From Bdellovibrionales bacterium (GTDB lineage: Bacteria > Bdellovibrionota > Bdellovibrionia > Bdellovibrionales > UBA1609): a stretch of DNA of 64,000 nt. The stretch is taken from contig DAHVQG010000002.1 of NCBI GenBank assembly GCA_027317865.1, forward strand, positions 64,001-128,000. Direction: 5' to 3'. Of the stretch, positions 19,034 to 27,596 are shown piece by piece. A model generated the notes under the pieces. The model saw only the letters and a list, made by a program, of their open reading frames with translations, made no database searches and was not told where the DNA came from. A program made the position numbers and the translations under genes. Every line of letters starts with the position of its first letter. Within the stretch, counting starts at the first letter, position 1.

Positions 19034-19879
19034 ATGGGTTTACGTATCAACACAAACATTGCAGCTTTGAATGCGCAAAACAATTTGCGCAAGACGAAGT
19101 TGCGTCTCGACAAGAGCTTACAGCAATTGTCGTCAGGTTATCGCATTAACTCGGCTGCGGATGATCCGGCCGGACTTGCGATCTCTACAAATCTGCGCGC
19201 ACAGATACGCGGCTTAAAGCAAGCTCAGCGTAACGCAGAAGACGGTATTTCGCTTATTCAGGTTGCGGAAGGTAGCCTGAGTCAAGTCGCCAACATCCTC
19301 ATTCGCTTACGTGAATTGGGGGTTGAAGCCGCTTCTGACACCGTCGGTCCAGTTGACCGGCAGTTTCTAAACGTTGAATACGATCAGCTCGTTTCAGAGA
19401 TTGACCGTATTGCCGATGGTACGTCTTTTGACGGTACTCAGCTTCTCAGCGGGACAGGAACTGTTCTCGACTTTCAGGTCGGTACACATAACGACCCGAA
19501 CATTGACCGATTGAGTTTTGATGCTTCAAAGGCGGATGCAACTTCAGCCGCTTTGGGGATCAACCTCACGAGTGTGGCCGATAAAGCCTCGGCGCAAAAC
19601 AGCTTATCAGCAATTGATTCGGCAATCACAAGCGTTTCGGCTATGCGTGCCGACTTTGGCGCGCTCCAGAACCGCTTGCAATCGACGATCAGTAATTTGG
19701 CAGTCACCGTACAAAATATGGCAGCTGCTAATTCACGAATTCGTGACGTTGATGTTGCCGCCGCTACGACAAATATGACGATGAATAAGGTGTTAATGCA
19801 AGCCGGTGCGGCCGTGCTCGCACAAGCGAACCAAACACCCGATATCGCCCTGAATCTCTTGAACAGGTCGCTCTCGTAA
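19034..19879 (+). CDS. fliC: flagellin (short type)
   Basis: MGLRINTN, LSSGYRINSAADDPAGLAIS, QNRLQST, SRIRDVD, LAQANQ; GGAGGAGG RBS. Confidence 0.97.
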   Translation: MGLRINTNIAALNAQNNLRKTKLRLDKSLQQLSSGYRINSAADDPAGLAISTNLRAQIRGLKQAQRNAEDGISLIQVAEGSLSQVANILIRLRELGVEAASDTVGPVDRQFLNVEYDQLVSEIDRIADGTSFDGTQLLSGTGTVLDFQVGTHNDPNIDRLSFDASKADATSAALGINLTSVADKASAQNSLSAIDSAITSVSAMRADFGALQNRLQSTISNLAVTVQNMAAANSRIRDVDVAAATTNMTMNKVLMQAGAAVLAQANQTPDIALNLLNRSLS

Positions 19880-19986
19880 GTCATGAGACGTTACGAGTTT
19901 GACCAATGGTCGGAATGACCTTTAGCTCACACCCCGATGGTGAACATCGGTAGAGTCTAAACAGAGAGCTTACTGTTTCCTGCCTT

Positions 19987-20019
19987 GGGGGCCGCTTCAA
20001 TCGAAGCGGCCGCCCTTTT
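19987..20019 (+). terminator. Rho-independent terminator after flagellin 1
   Basis: GGG-GGCCGCTTC-aatc-GAAGCGGCC-gCCC followed by TTTT. Confidence 0.8.
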
Positions 20020-20120
20020 GGCGCTCAAAAACGCGTTCACGAAACCGATGTCATACACGTCCACCAAAACTAGACTATTCCTCGACTCATTTTGCGACAG
20101 TAATCTGTCGATTCTCTATA

Positions 20121-20136
20121 TGGTACGAAAATTGAA
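20121..20136 (+). promoter_or_regulatory. putative sigma54-like promoter of flagellin 2
   Basis: TGGTAC-GAAAA-TTGAA: correct spacing, but -12 is GA instead of GC; preceded by the palindrome CGACAG-taat-CTGTCG (20095-20110). Confidence 0.4.
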
Positions 20137-20160
20137 TAATTGAGCACAGTATGTGCTCCT

Positions 20161-20213
20161 GAGATCATGGGTGATCTCTGTACATCAGGATGATGTGCCA
20201 TCAAACAAGGAGG
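20161..20213 (+). promoter_or_regulatory. CsrA-type hairpins in the flagellin 2 leader
   Basis: GAGATCA-tggg-TGATCTC; GTACATCA-gga-TGATGTGC; ACAAGGAGG at the SD. Confidence 0.6.
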
Positions 20214-20221
20214 TCTTTGGT

Positions 20222-21055
20222 ATGGCACTCATAATTACTACTAACGTTGCATCGCTGAACGCGCAACGTAATTTAGACAAAACCAACCGCGAGTTGAATA
20301 GAAGTCTCGCGCGTCTCTCGAGCGGATATCGCATCAATACCGCAGCCGACGATCCGGCGGGTCTTGCTATTAGTGAGCACTTATTAGCCGAAATTAAAGG
20401 CATGCAACAAGATACAAAAAACGCGCACGATGGCGTTTCACTTGTCCAAGTTGCAGAGGGCGGTTTGAACACGATTCAAAATATGCTCATTCGTCTTCGC
20501 GAATTGGGAGTTGAAGCTTCATCTGACACTGTCGACAATACCGATCGTCGGTTTCTGGACGTCGAATATCAACAGATGAAATCGGAGATCCAGCGTGTTG
20601 CCGAAGTGACCACATTCAACGGCTACGACTTACTCAACGGAACTGGTGGCGTGCTCGATATACAAGTGGGCGTCCATAATGACCCATTTTTAGATCGAAT
20701 TTCATTTAACACCGCCGCTTCCGATGCCACACTTGCGGCTCTCGGGCTTGGAACGTTATCCGTTTCATCCAAGGCGCAAGCGCAAGAAAGTCTCGACGCG
20801 ATTGATAATGCGCTCACATCAGTCAGCGCGATGCGCGCGAATTTCGGCGCCATGCAAAATAGGTTACAGTCCACCATAAGCAATTTGCTTATAGCGAGAG
20901 AAAACCTGTCGGCTGCAAATTCGCGAATTCGAGACACAGATGTCGCTGCTGAAACTGCAAGGCTGACAAGAGCAGAGATTCTCAGACAAGCTGGCATTTC
21001 GGTTCTACAGCAAGCGAACAACCAATCGCAAATGGTCCTTAAACTATTGAGCTAA
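20222..21055 (+). CDS. fliC: flagellin (short type), paralog 2
   Basis: ATG 20222 follows AAGGAGG (track start 20153); MALIITTNVASLNAQRNL, LSSGYRIN, QNRLQST, SRIRDTDVAAE. Confidence 0.97.
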   Translation: MALIITTNVASLNAQRNLDKTNRELNRSLARLSSGYRINTAADDPAGLAISEHLLAEIKGMQQDTKNAHDGVSLVQVAEGGLNTIQNMLIRLRELGVEASSDTVDNTDRRFLDVEYQQMKSEIQRVAEVTTFNGYDLLNGTGGVLDIQVGVHNDPFLDRISFNTAASDATLAALGLGTLSVSSKAQAQESLDAIDNALTSVSAMRANFGAMQNRLQSTISNLLIARENLSAANSRIRDTDVAAETARLTRAEILRQAGISVLQQANNQSQMVLKLLS

Positions 21056-21069
21056 CGGCGGAGGGAATT

Positions 21070-21150
21070 ATGACAATTCAGTTACGTGAATGGACAAAAG
21101 CATATTGGACGATTGCCGTTGTACTCTTAGTCGCAGCCGTTTTGATATGA
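21070..21150 (+). CDS. 26-aa single-TM microprotein (not in ORF track)
   Basis: GGAGGG RBS, then ATG: MTIQLREWTKAYWTIAVVLLVAAVLI*; starts 14 nt after the fliC2 stop. Confidence 0.5.
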   Translation: MTIQLREWTKAYWTIAVVLLVAAVLI

Positions 21151-21233
21151 TTGCCGTCAAGAACAGTTCAAGAACGCTTGATGGCTAACCGTTCGCTTCG
21201 ACTTTTGTTCAAGTTTTCGCTACGTAGCGAAGA

Positions 21234-21968
21234 ATGAAGTCGAGGCGAACAATAGCAGCGTGGACTCATTTTTTAGCAAGTACTACACTCATTTTTTCTG
21301 TTGTGGCCTCGGCGCACCAAGCGCCGGGCCAAATAATTAGAGATGACCTGGTATTCAACCCACTGCCAACTTCAGTTACAGCCTTGAAACAAGAAGAGGC
21401 GAAGAACAGCCGTCAAATCCAAATTCTTAAACAGCAACTCCATCTTTATAGCGAATACCTCGCCTCTAAAGGTAACTCGCTAGAAATTCGGTTTCAGCGC
21501 CACCTCAATTCGCTACCTGAAACTATTTTTGTTTTGGGAGCTGGCTCTGGTACCGTCACAGGTGGGGCCGGCCTCCTGGGTCTTGCCGTTCAAGATGCCG
21601 GCGAAGTTTCAAGACGCTTTTTTTGGGCCGGGGCGATTATGACCATCGTTGCCGTTATAGGATCTCATTTTTTAAAAACACGCGTTGCCGATTCGCCGGA
21701 AGATATTGCACGCGAAAAAATGGTTGAAGAATTAGATGCTACGCAAGACAGTCGAATTCGATCAGGCATGGAAATCCTTATGGCCAAGCAGCTTTTCGAT
21801 CTTGAAAATCAAAATCGTGCAATTCGCGTCGCCCTACGAAAGGCCACCAATTTTTCCACTGATACGAATGCCAATCGCGGAATTATTCCGCAGCACTCAA
21901 AAATTAGTTTGCAAAAAAGCCCGTCCGATCAGGCCTGGAATCCCGCGTTCAGTTGGAACGGATTTTGA
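21234..21968 (+). CDS. hypothetical secreted protein with coiled coils and a hydrophobic hairpin
   Basis: Signal peptide ending ASA; heptad-rich helices flank two hydrophobic segments. Confidence 0.6.
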   Translation: MKSRRTIAAWTHFLASTTLIFSVVASAHQAPGQIIRDDLVFNPLPTSVTALKQEEAKNSRQIQILKQQLHLYSEYLASKGNSLEIRFQRHLNSLPETIFVLGAGSGTVTGGAGLLGLAVQDAGEVSRRFFWAGAIMTIVAVIGSHFLKTRVADSPEDIAREKMVEELDATQDSRIRSGMEILMAKQLFDLENQNRAIRVALRKATNFSTDTNANRGIIPQHSKISLQKSPSDQAWNPAFSWNGF

Positions 21969-22014
21969 AGTCTTTAAAATTGGCACGGAAAAATTGTAAA
22001 TAAGGAGAACGTTA

Positions 22015-22662
22015 ATGGCTCTAGTATTACCCAAACTCCCCTACCGATTTGACGAGCTTGAACCTTATATTTCTGAAGAAACACTTTCTCTCCATTATCT
22101 CAAACATCACAAAGGTTATATCGACAAAGCGAACAAATTGATTCGCGGAACGCCTTATGATGACATGGCACTAGAAAATATCATCTCGAAAACGGCTCAC
22201 CAGCGGGGTCAAGAAAAGTCGATTTTTGAAAACGCGGCGCAGGCGTGGAATCACACCTTCTATTGGAACTGCATGTGCTCGTCTCAACGCCGGCGGCCTT
22301 CAGCAGCCATGCAGAAAATACTTCATCATAATTTTGGAAGTCTCGACCGATTTGTCGACAAATTTAGCACAGCTGCGGTTAACCTTTTTGGTTCAGGATG
22401 GGCTTGGCTCGTAAAAACCTCGCAGGATCGCCTCGAAATTCTACCGCTTAGTAACGCCGAAACACCTGTTGCAGACGACCTGATGCCCATTCTCGCTTGT
22501 GACGTTTGGGAGCACGCCTATTACATCGATTACCATAACGACCGCAAACAGTACGTTAAAAATTTTTGGAAAGTCGTAAATTGGGATTTTATTGAGACAA
22601 ATTATCAAATGCATTTGGTTACCGAGCCCTCTTATGGGCTGAGAGTTGAATTTTATCACTAA
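22015..22662 (+). CDS. sodB: superoxide dismutase, Fe-type signature
   Basis: LHYLKHHKGY, NAAQAWNHTFYW, FGSGWAW, SNAETP, DVWEHAYY; AAGGAG RBS. Confidence 0.93.
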   Translation: MALVLPKLPYRFDELEPYISEETLSLHYLKHHKGYIDKANKLIRGTPYDDMALENIISKTAHQRGQEKSIFENAAQAWNHTFYWNCMCSSQRRRPSAAMQKILHHNFGSLDRFVDKFSTAAVNLFGSGWAWLVKTSQDRLEILPLSNAETPVADDLMPILACDVWEHAYYIDYHNDRKQYVKNFWKVVNWDFIETNYQMHLVTEPSYGLRVEFYH

Positions 22663-22684
22663 GCAAAAAGGATAGGGAGCTTTT

Positions 22685-23290
22685 ATGACCAACGAAACAA
22701 ACGCAATATTCGCGCTCTACAGACGACGCAAACGGGCAGAAGAAGCAAAGAAATTATTGATTGCGGCCGGGTTTGCCGACAATCAAATATGCCTTTATTT
22801 ACCGCCTGACGAAGGAGCTAAAAACTTTCACGAAAACGTGCGGACCTCATGGCGAACAGGGGCGATAATCGGCGCTGCGGTGGGAGCGTCGGCCTTTCTT
22901 CTTGTCGGATTGGCGCTGAGTCTAAATTTAATTCATTTGCCTGGTCACTTCGAGGCATCGATACCTGTCCTAGTTCGTATTGTTTTAATCTTTGTTGTTG
23001 CGGCGCTCGGCGGTCTGGCCGGTGCGGCCGCTGGTACGTTAGTTGGCTTTGGAACGCCGGAATCGGCTGCCCCCCGCTTTGCCAGTTACGTTCAAGCCGG
23101 CGGCACAATTGTGTCGGTTGCCACTACTAATGGAAATGATCTTGCGAAAGCGCGAATAATCTTAGACCGCTCGGGAGGGCACGACATTACCGAAATGAAT
23201 GAAAAAAATGGCTGGCAGATGATTCACGAACAACTTTACGAAAGGAACAAAAACTATGAACCCGAATTACTCAACGATCAAAACCCCTGA
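22685..23290 (+). CDS. glycine-rich membrane protein, general-stress-protein-like
   Basis: GAIIGAAVG and GGLAGAAAGTLVGFGTPE Gly-zipper TMs inside a small alpha/beta domain; lies between sodB and dps. Confidence 0.7.
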   Translation: MTNETNAIFALYRRRKRAEEAKKLLIAAGFADNQICLYLPPDEGAKNFHENVRTSWRTGAIIGAAVGASAFLLVGLALSLNLIHLPGHFEASIPVLVRIVLIFVVAALGGLAGAAAGTLVGFGTPESAAPRFASYVQAGGTIVSVATTNGNDLAKARIILDRSGGHDITEMNEKNGWQMIHEQLYERNKNYEPELLNDQNP

Positions 23291-23804
23291 TGCGCCAAAA
23301 AAATCGGAAGCCATCAAAAAAGCTACGGCATTGAAGCCGCCAATTGATGTCGCAAAAGAACTTGCTGTTACGCTTGCTAGCACTTATGCCATTTACTTAA
23401 AGACGCAAAATTATCATTGGAACGTAACCGGGCCGCTATTTGGAACACTTCACCGTGTATTCGACGAACAGTATCACGAATTAGCCGAATCTATCGATAC
23501 AATTGCCGAACGCATTCGAGCGCTTGGCGCGTTTGCCCCCGCAACGTTCAAACAATTAGAAGATCTCGGTTATATAGATGAAGATCATGATATTCCGGCC
23601 GCGGCCGAATCTATGATCCAAAATCTCGCGGCTGATCACGAGAAAATCGCAAAACACGTACTCGACTCAATTGCCGTCTGTAATAACAAAAATGATCCTG
23701 CGTCAGCTGACCTTTTGGTCAAACGCATTCGAAGCCATGAAAAGTACGCCTGGATGCTACGGAGTTTTTTGAAAAATGAACTCACGACTCGTACTTCGCA
23801 CTAA
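23256..23804 (+). CDS. dps: DNA starvation/stationary phase protection protein
   Basis: LKTQNYHWNVTGPLFGTLH, DTIAERIRALG, HEKYAWML. Confidence 0.95.
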   Translation: MNPNYSTIKTPDAPKKSEAIKKATALKPPIDVAKELAVTLASTYAIYLKTQNYHWNVTGPLFGTLHRVFDEQYHELAESIDTIAERIRALGAFAPATFKQLEDLGYIDEDHDIPAAAESMIQNLAADHEKIAKHVLDSIAVCNNKNDPASADLLVKRIRSHEKYAWMLRSFLKNELTTRTSH

Positions 23805-23817
23805 CGGTAGTACAGGT

Positions 23818-25509
23818 TCACTTTTTAAAGTAGTTGATAAATGCAAGAACAGACAAAACAAGCGCAACTCCGTATTCGGTTGCGCTGAATGCCGGAATGC
23901 CAAGCCACTTCGGGCCGCTCGCACTCACGTTCTGCAGAACTGCAGCGCTCAATAATAAGCTCGCGATGACAAGCCCTAAAAACACGGCATTTGCGGCGTT
24001 GCGCACCGTAAGACGAAACCGCTCAAGTTCGCGAAATTGTATGGGCACCACAAATTCCGGGCTCGAAAACCGGCGGATAAGCTGCTTCATCTGCCTCGGG
24101 AGCACGGCGAGTAGCGACTGCACGTCGCGCCCCAACGTCGAAACGTCACGGATAATTTTGCGCGGCTCACTGCGCGATTGGACTAACTCCGAAGCAAATT
24201 CAAGAGAATAGGCTAGAAAATTAAAATCACCAACCACCATTCGACCCATTCCTTCAATGGCCACAATGGATTTGAAAAACATGATCAATTCGGCCGGCAT
24301 CAGCAGATCGTATTGAGCGGCGATTTCGGTCGATTCTAAAAGGAGTTTACCCACGTTGACGTGCTTCATTGTCAGCCCATAGTACGGCGCTATCAAATCG
24401 CGCAAATCCCGGGCGAACAAATCAACGTCTATGTTTTCCGTGTACGGCGCAAGATCGACGTACTCGTACGCAAGCCGGTCATAATCTTCGCCTGCCAGCG
24501 CGACAAGCATGTTGGCAATTGCCGCCTGAGTTGTCCGGTTCAACCGGCCGACAATTCCAAAATCAATAAGGCCAATGCGGTTATTCGGAAGCACAAACAT
24601 ATTGCCCGCGTGCAAATCCCCATGAAATAGCCCGTCGGTAAAAACCATTTTCAAATAGCATCGAAGCCCCGTTTTAAGAACAGACTCGGGATCAATTCCC
24701 TCTTGTTCAAGCGCATTTTTTTGGCTTAGCGGTTTGCCGTCGAGGGCCTCCATTACCAAAACGCGACGACCCGAATATTCGTTAAAAACATTTGGTATTT
24801 TAATATTCGGTTCACTCGCGAAGTTTTCTTGAAAACGTCGGATGTTATTGGCCTCGATTACAAAATTCGTCTCGAGATCAACCGTGCGGGCGAATTCGTC
24901 GACAACCAAAACCGGGCGAAATACTTTGGCTTCGGGAACATAACGCTCAAGCAGATCGGCCAGCAAATACAACACTCCCAAATCTTCTAACAAAGTTTTT
25001 TCGATGCCTGGCCGCTGGACTTTGACCACAACTCGGCCACCGTGGCGAAGCTCGGCCATGTGAACTTGCGCAATACTACCTGCCGCCCTCGCGTCCAAAT
25101 CGAATTGTGAAAAAATTTTGTCTACAGGAGCGCCGAAGTGACTCACCAAAACAGGTTTAATATCATCAAATGCAAGCGGCTGCACCTGGCTGTGTAGCAC
25201 CTTAAATTCATCAGCATATTCGGTGGGGATCAAATCCGGACGCGTAGCCAAAAGCTGGCCAAGCTTTACAAAAGTCGGCCCTAATTCTTCAAAAGCCAGA
25301 CGCAAACGCCGCGCTGAAGAAAGCGGTTCAATCGTATCGGGATCACGATCCAAAATCTTTTGCTCAGGTAATATCGATTCAAGAAAAGCGAGCTTTCTTA
25401 AACCGACTCGATCGAGAACGTCGCGAAACCCGTACTTTGCCAGTACGGTTACGATGTTTTTCAAACGGACGGCGTTTTGAATCGGACTTCGCTTTATTTT
25501 TCTTCGCAT
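23818..25509 (-). CDS. AarF/UbiB/ABC1 family atypical kinase
   Basis: LGPTFVKLGQLLATRPD, AAGSIAQVH, VVVKVQRP, FHGDLHAGN, IDFGIVG; C-terminal TMs. Confidence 0.92.
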   Translation of the reverse strand: MRRKIKRSPIQNAVRLKNIVTVLAKYGFRDVLDRVGLRKLAFLESILPEQKILDRDPDTIEPLSSARRLRLAFEELGPTFVKLGQLLATRPDLIPTEYADEFKVLHSQVQPLAFDDIKPVLVSHFGAPVDKIFSQFDLDARAAGSIAQVHMAELRHGGRVVVKVQRPGIEKTLLEDLGVLYLLADLLERYVPEAKVFRPVLVVDEFARTVDLETNFVIEANNIRRFQENFASEPNIKIPNVFNEYSGRRVLVMEALDGKPLSQKNALEQEGIDPESVLKTGLRCYLKMVFTDGLFHGDLHAGNMFVLPNNRIGLIDFGIVGRLNRTTQAAIANMLVALAGEDYDRLAYEYVDLAPYTENIDVDLFARDLRDLIAPYYGLTMKHVNVGKLLLESTEIAAQYDLLMPAELIMFFKSIVAIEGMGRMVVGDFNFLAYSLEFASELVQSRSEPRKIIRDVSTLGRDVQSLLAVLPRQMKQLIRRFSSPEFVVPIQFRELERFRLTVRNAANAVFLGLVIASLLLSAAVLQNVSASGPKWLGIPAFSATEYGVALVLSVLAFINYFKK

Positions 25510-27469
25510 TCGTTACTTTTACCCCGCCAGCACGACCAGAGTCGCCTTCAGCCAGCACAAAGTCAACTCGGCCGGTTTCATGGTCAGCGGCGGCGACTTG
25601 AATCCGAACGGAATCACCGATTGCGTAGGTCAGTTTCGATCGTCGACCAACTAGCCGCAAATTATTTTCATCAAATTCAAAATGATCGTGACCCAATTCT
25701 TCAACTCGTATCAAACCATCGACGTCGAACTGTCGCAGGGTCACGAACACCCCAAATTTCGCAACTGAACTGATCAGTCCGTCAAATTCTTGACCGAGGT
25801 GTTTCTGTAAAAAACGTGCCTTTTTTATGGAGTGGATCTGACGCTCGGCTTTAACTGCGCGCTGTTCACAGGCGCTAAGAAATGCTCCGGCATCGTCTAA
25901 ATCTGATGCCGAGATTTTACTGTAACCGCGAATTCCAAGCATCGATTTCACGAGGCGATGCACAATAAGATCGGGATACCGCCGTATGGGCGAAGTGAAA
26001 TGCGTGTAATTCTTAAAACCCAACCCGAAATGACCGACATTTTCGCGGCTATAGCGGGCCTGATTCATCGACCGTAAAGTGAGTATGTTAATTACCGTTT
26101 CTTCAGGACGATCTTCAAATTCCTCTAACGCTTGTGTTATACGCTGAAGAACTCGGGACTTCCCCAGTCGGTTTTTGTAACCGAATGCATCCAAAAAGTG
26201 CTCAAGCATTTCAATCGCCTCGGGTCGCGGTGGCTCGTGAATACGAAACAACGCCGGAATGTTTTTCTCAACCAAAAAATCGGCAACAGCGACATTTGCC
26301 GCAAGCATGAGTTCTTCAATCAGACGATGTGAAAAAATCCGCTCCGCCCGAATGATGTCAACCGGCACGCCCGCATCGTCGAGCTCAATGGTAGATTCGG
26401 GAATTTCAAGATTGAGCGAACCTTCGCGAAAGCGCCTTTCCATCAAAACTCGGGCCAACTCCGCACACGTTTTGATGTTCTGTTGAACCGCATCGAGATG
26501 CGGCGGACACGAACCTTCAATAACCTCCTGCGCTTCACCATAGGTAACACGCGCATGGCTTTGAATCACAGCCTCGTAGAGGCGACAGCCCCCTTTGCGC
26601 TCGCCATGAAATGTAAAATCCATTTCGGCAACCAACGCGAGTCTCGGAACATTCGGCTTGAGCGAGCAAAGTTCGTTGCTCAATTCTTCGGGGAGCATCG
26701 GTTCAACAAAATTAGGAAAATATACGCTTGTGCCGCGATCATAGGCGTCTCTGTCAATTGCGGAGGTCGGTTTGACATATTGACTGACATCCGCGATGGC
26801 AACCCAAAGTCGAAATCCGCCCCCTATTTTTTCAGTGTAAACGGCATCGTCAAAATCTTTTGCCGTTTGCCCGTCGATCGTGACCAATTTTTTGCTTCTT
26901 AAATCTCGTCGGGAGCCAAACTCTTTTTCGTTTACCTCGCGCGGCAGGGTTTTTCGCTCAGCTTGCGCTTCACGCGAAAAATTCATGGGAATATGATGGC
27001 TCGCTAAGACACGCAAATTGTCATTAAGTGGATCTGATACGTCGCCGATCACCCGTTCAACTTCACCGTGAAATCCGCGAACAGAATCCGGATAACTCGT
27101 AATTTTTACGATCACCCATTCTTTATCGAGGACTTTGATTTCTGGCGACCATGTGACATTTAGAGTTTCGCCCCAGCCATGGCTCTCGTCTTGAATAAAT
27201 CCCCGTGACACATTGACGATCTTAAGCTGACCCGTAACAATTTTTGTTTTTCGCTCAATTACATTAATGCGATTCGCTCGCAACCGGTGGTTATCTCGCT
27301 CAATTGAGATTTCGACACGGTCGCTCGTCATCACCCCATTCATCAAATGCTTGGGGACGTAGACGTCGGCCATATCCGCATCGTCCGGTATAAAAAATCC
27401 GTATCCGTCGGGATGCCTTTTGATGATACCTGAGAAATGGCGTGGTGATGTTATCTTGCGGTTTTTCAA
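25379..27469 (-). CDS. rnr: ribonuclease R
   Basis: HPDGYGF cold-shock domain, TIDGQTAKDFDDAV, IEELMLAAN, HFTSPIRRYPDL, S1 domain, basic tail. Confidence 0.96.
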   Translation of the reverse strand: MKNRKITSPRHFSGIIKRHPDGYGFFIPDDADMADVYVPKHLMNGVMTSDRVEISIERDNHRLRANRINVIERKTKIVTGQLKIVNVSRGFIQDESHGWGETLNVTWSPEIKVLDKEWVIVKITSYPDSVRGFHGEVERVIGDVSDPLNDNLRVLASHHIPMNFSREAQAERKTLPREVNEKEFGSRRDLRSKKLVTIDGQTAKDFDDAVYTEKIGGGFRLWVAIADVSQYVKPTSAIDRDAYDRGTSVYFPNFVEPMLPEELSNELCSLKPNVPRLALVAEMDFTFHGERKGGCRLYEAVIQSHARVTYGEAQEVIEGSCPPHLDAVQQNIKTCAELARVLMERRFREGSLNLEIPESTIELDDAGVPVDIIRAERIFSHRLIEELMLAANVAVADFLVEKNIPALFRIHEPPRPEAIEMLEHFLDAFGYKNRLGKSRVLQRITQALEEFEDRPEETVINILTLRSMNQARYSRENVGHFGLGFKNYTHFTSPIRRYPDLIVHRLVKSMLGIRGYSKISASDLDDAGAFLSACEQRAVKAERQIHSIKKARFLQKHLGQEFDGLISSVAKFGVFVTLRQFDVDGLIRVEELGHDHFEFDENNLRLVGRRSKLTYAIGDSVRIQVAAADHETGRVDFVLAEGDSGRAGGVKVTNAKKNKAKSDSKRRPFEKHRNRTGKVRVSRRSRSSRFKKARFS

Positions 27470-27596
27470 GCCGTTTTAAACAATACGTTTAAAGACGCAG
27501 TTCGTCTATCAGGTAAATTCTTCAACGTGGTGCGCATTTTTTGCAATATCACCTTTCTATCCGCTATGGTCGACGAAAATCAAAAAAGGGGGGGAT

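Noticed and set aside
21980-21997. TGGCACG sigma54-like site before sodB
   Set aside because: The -12 element is 2 nt too far away and reads TTGT; sigma54 spacing is strict
27528-27545. TGGTGC...TTGCA sigma54-like site before 27597
   Set aside because: GG-N12-GC spacing is wrong; a sigma70-like TTGCAA-N18-TATGGT fits better
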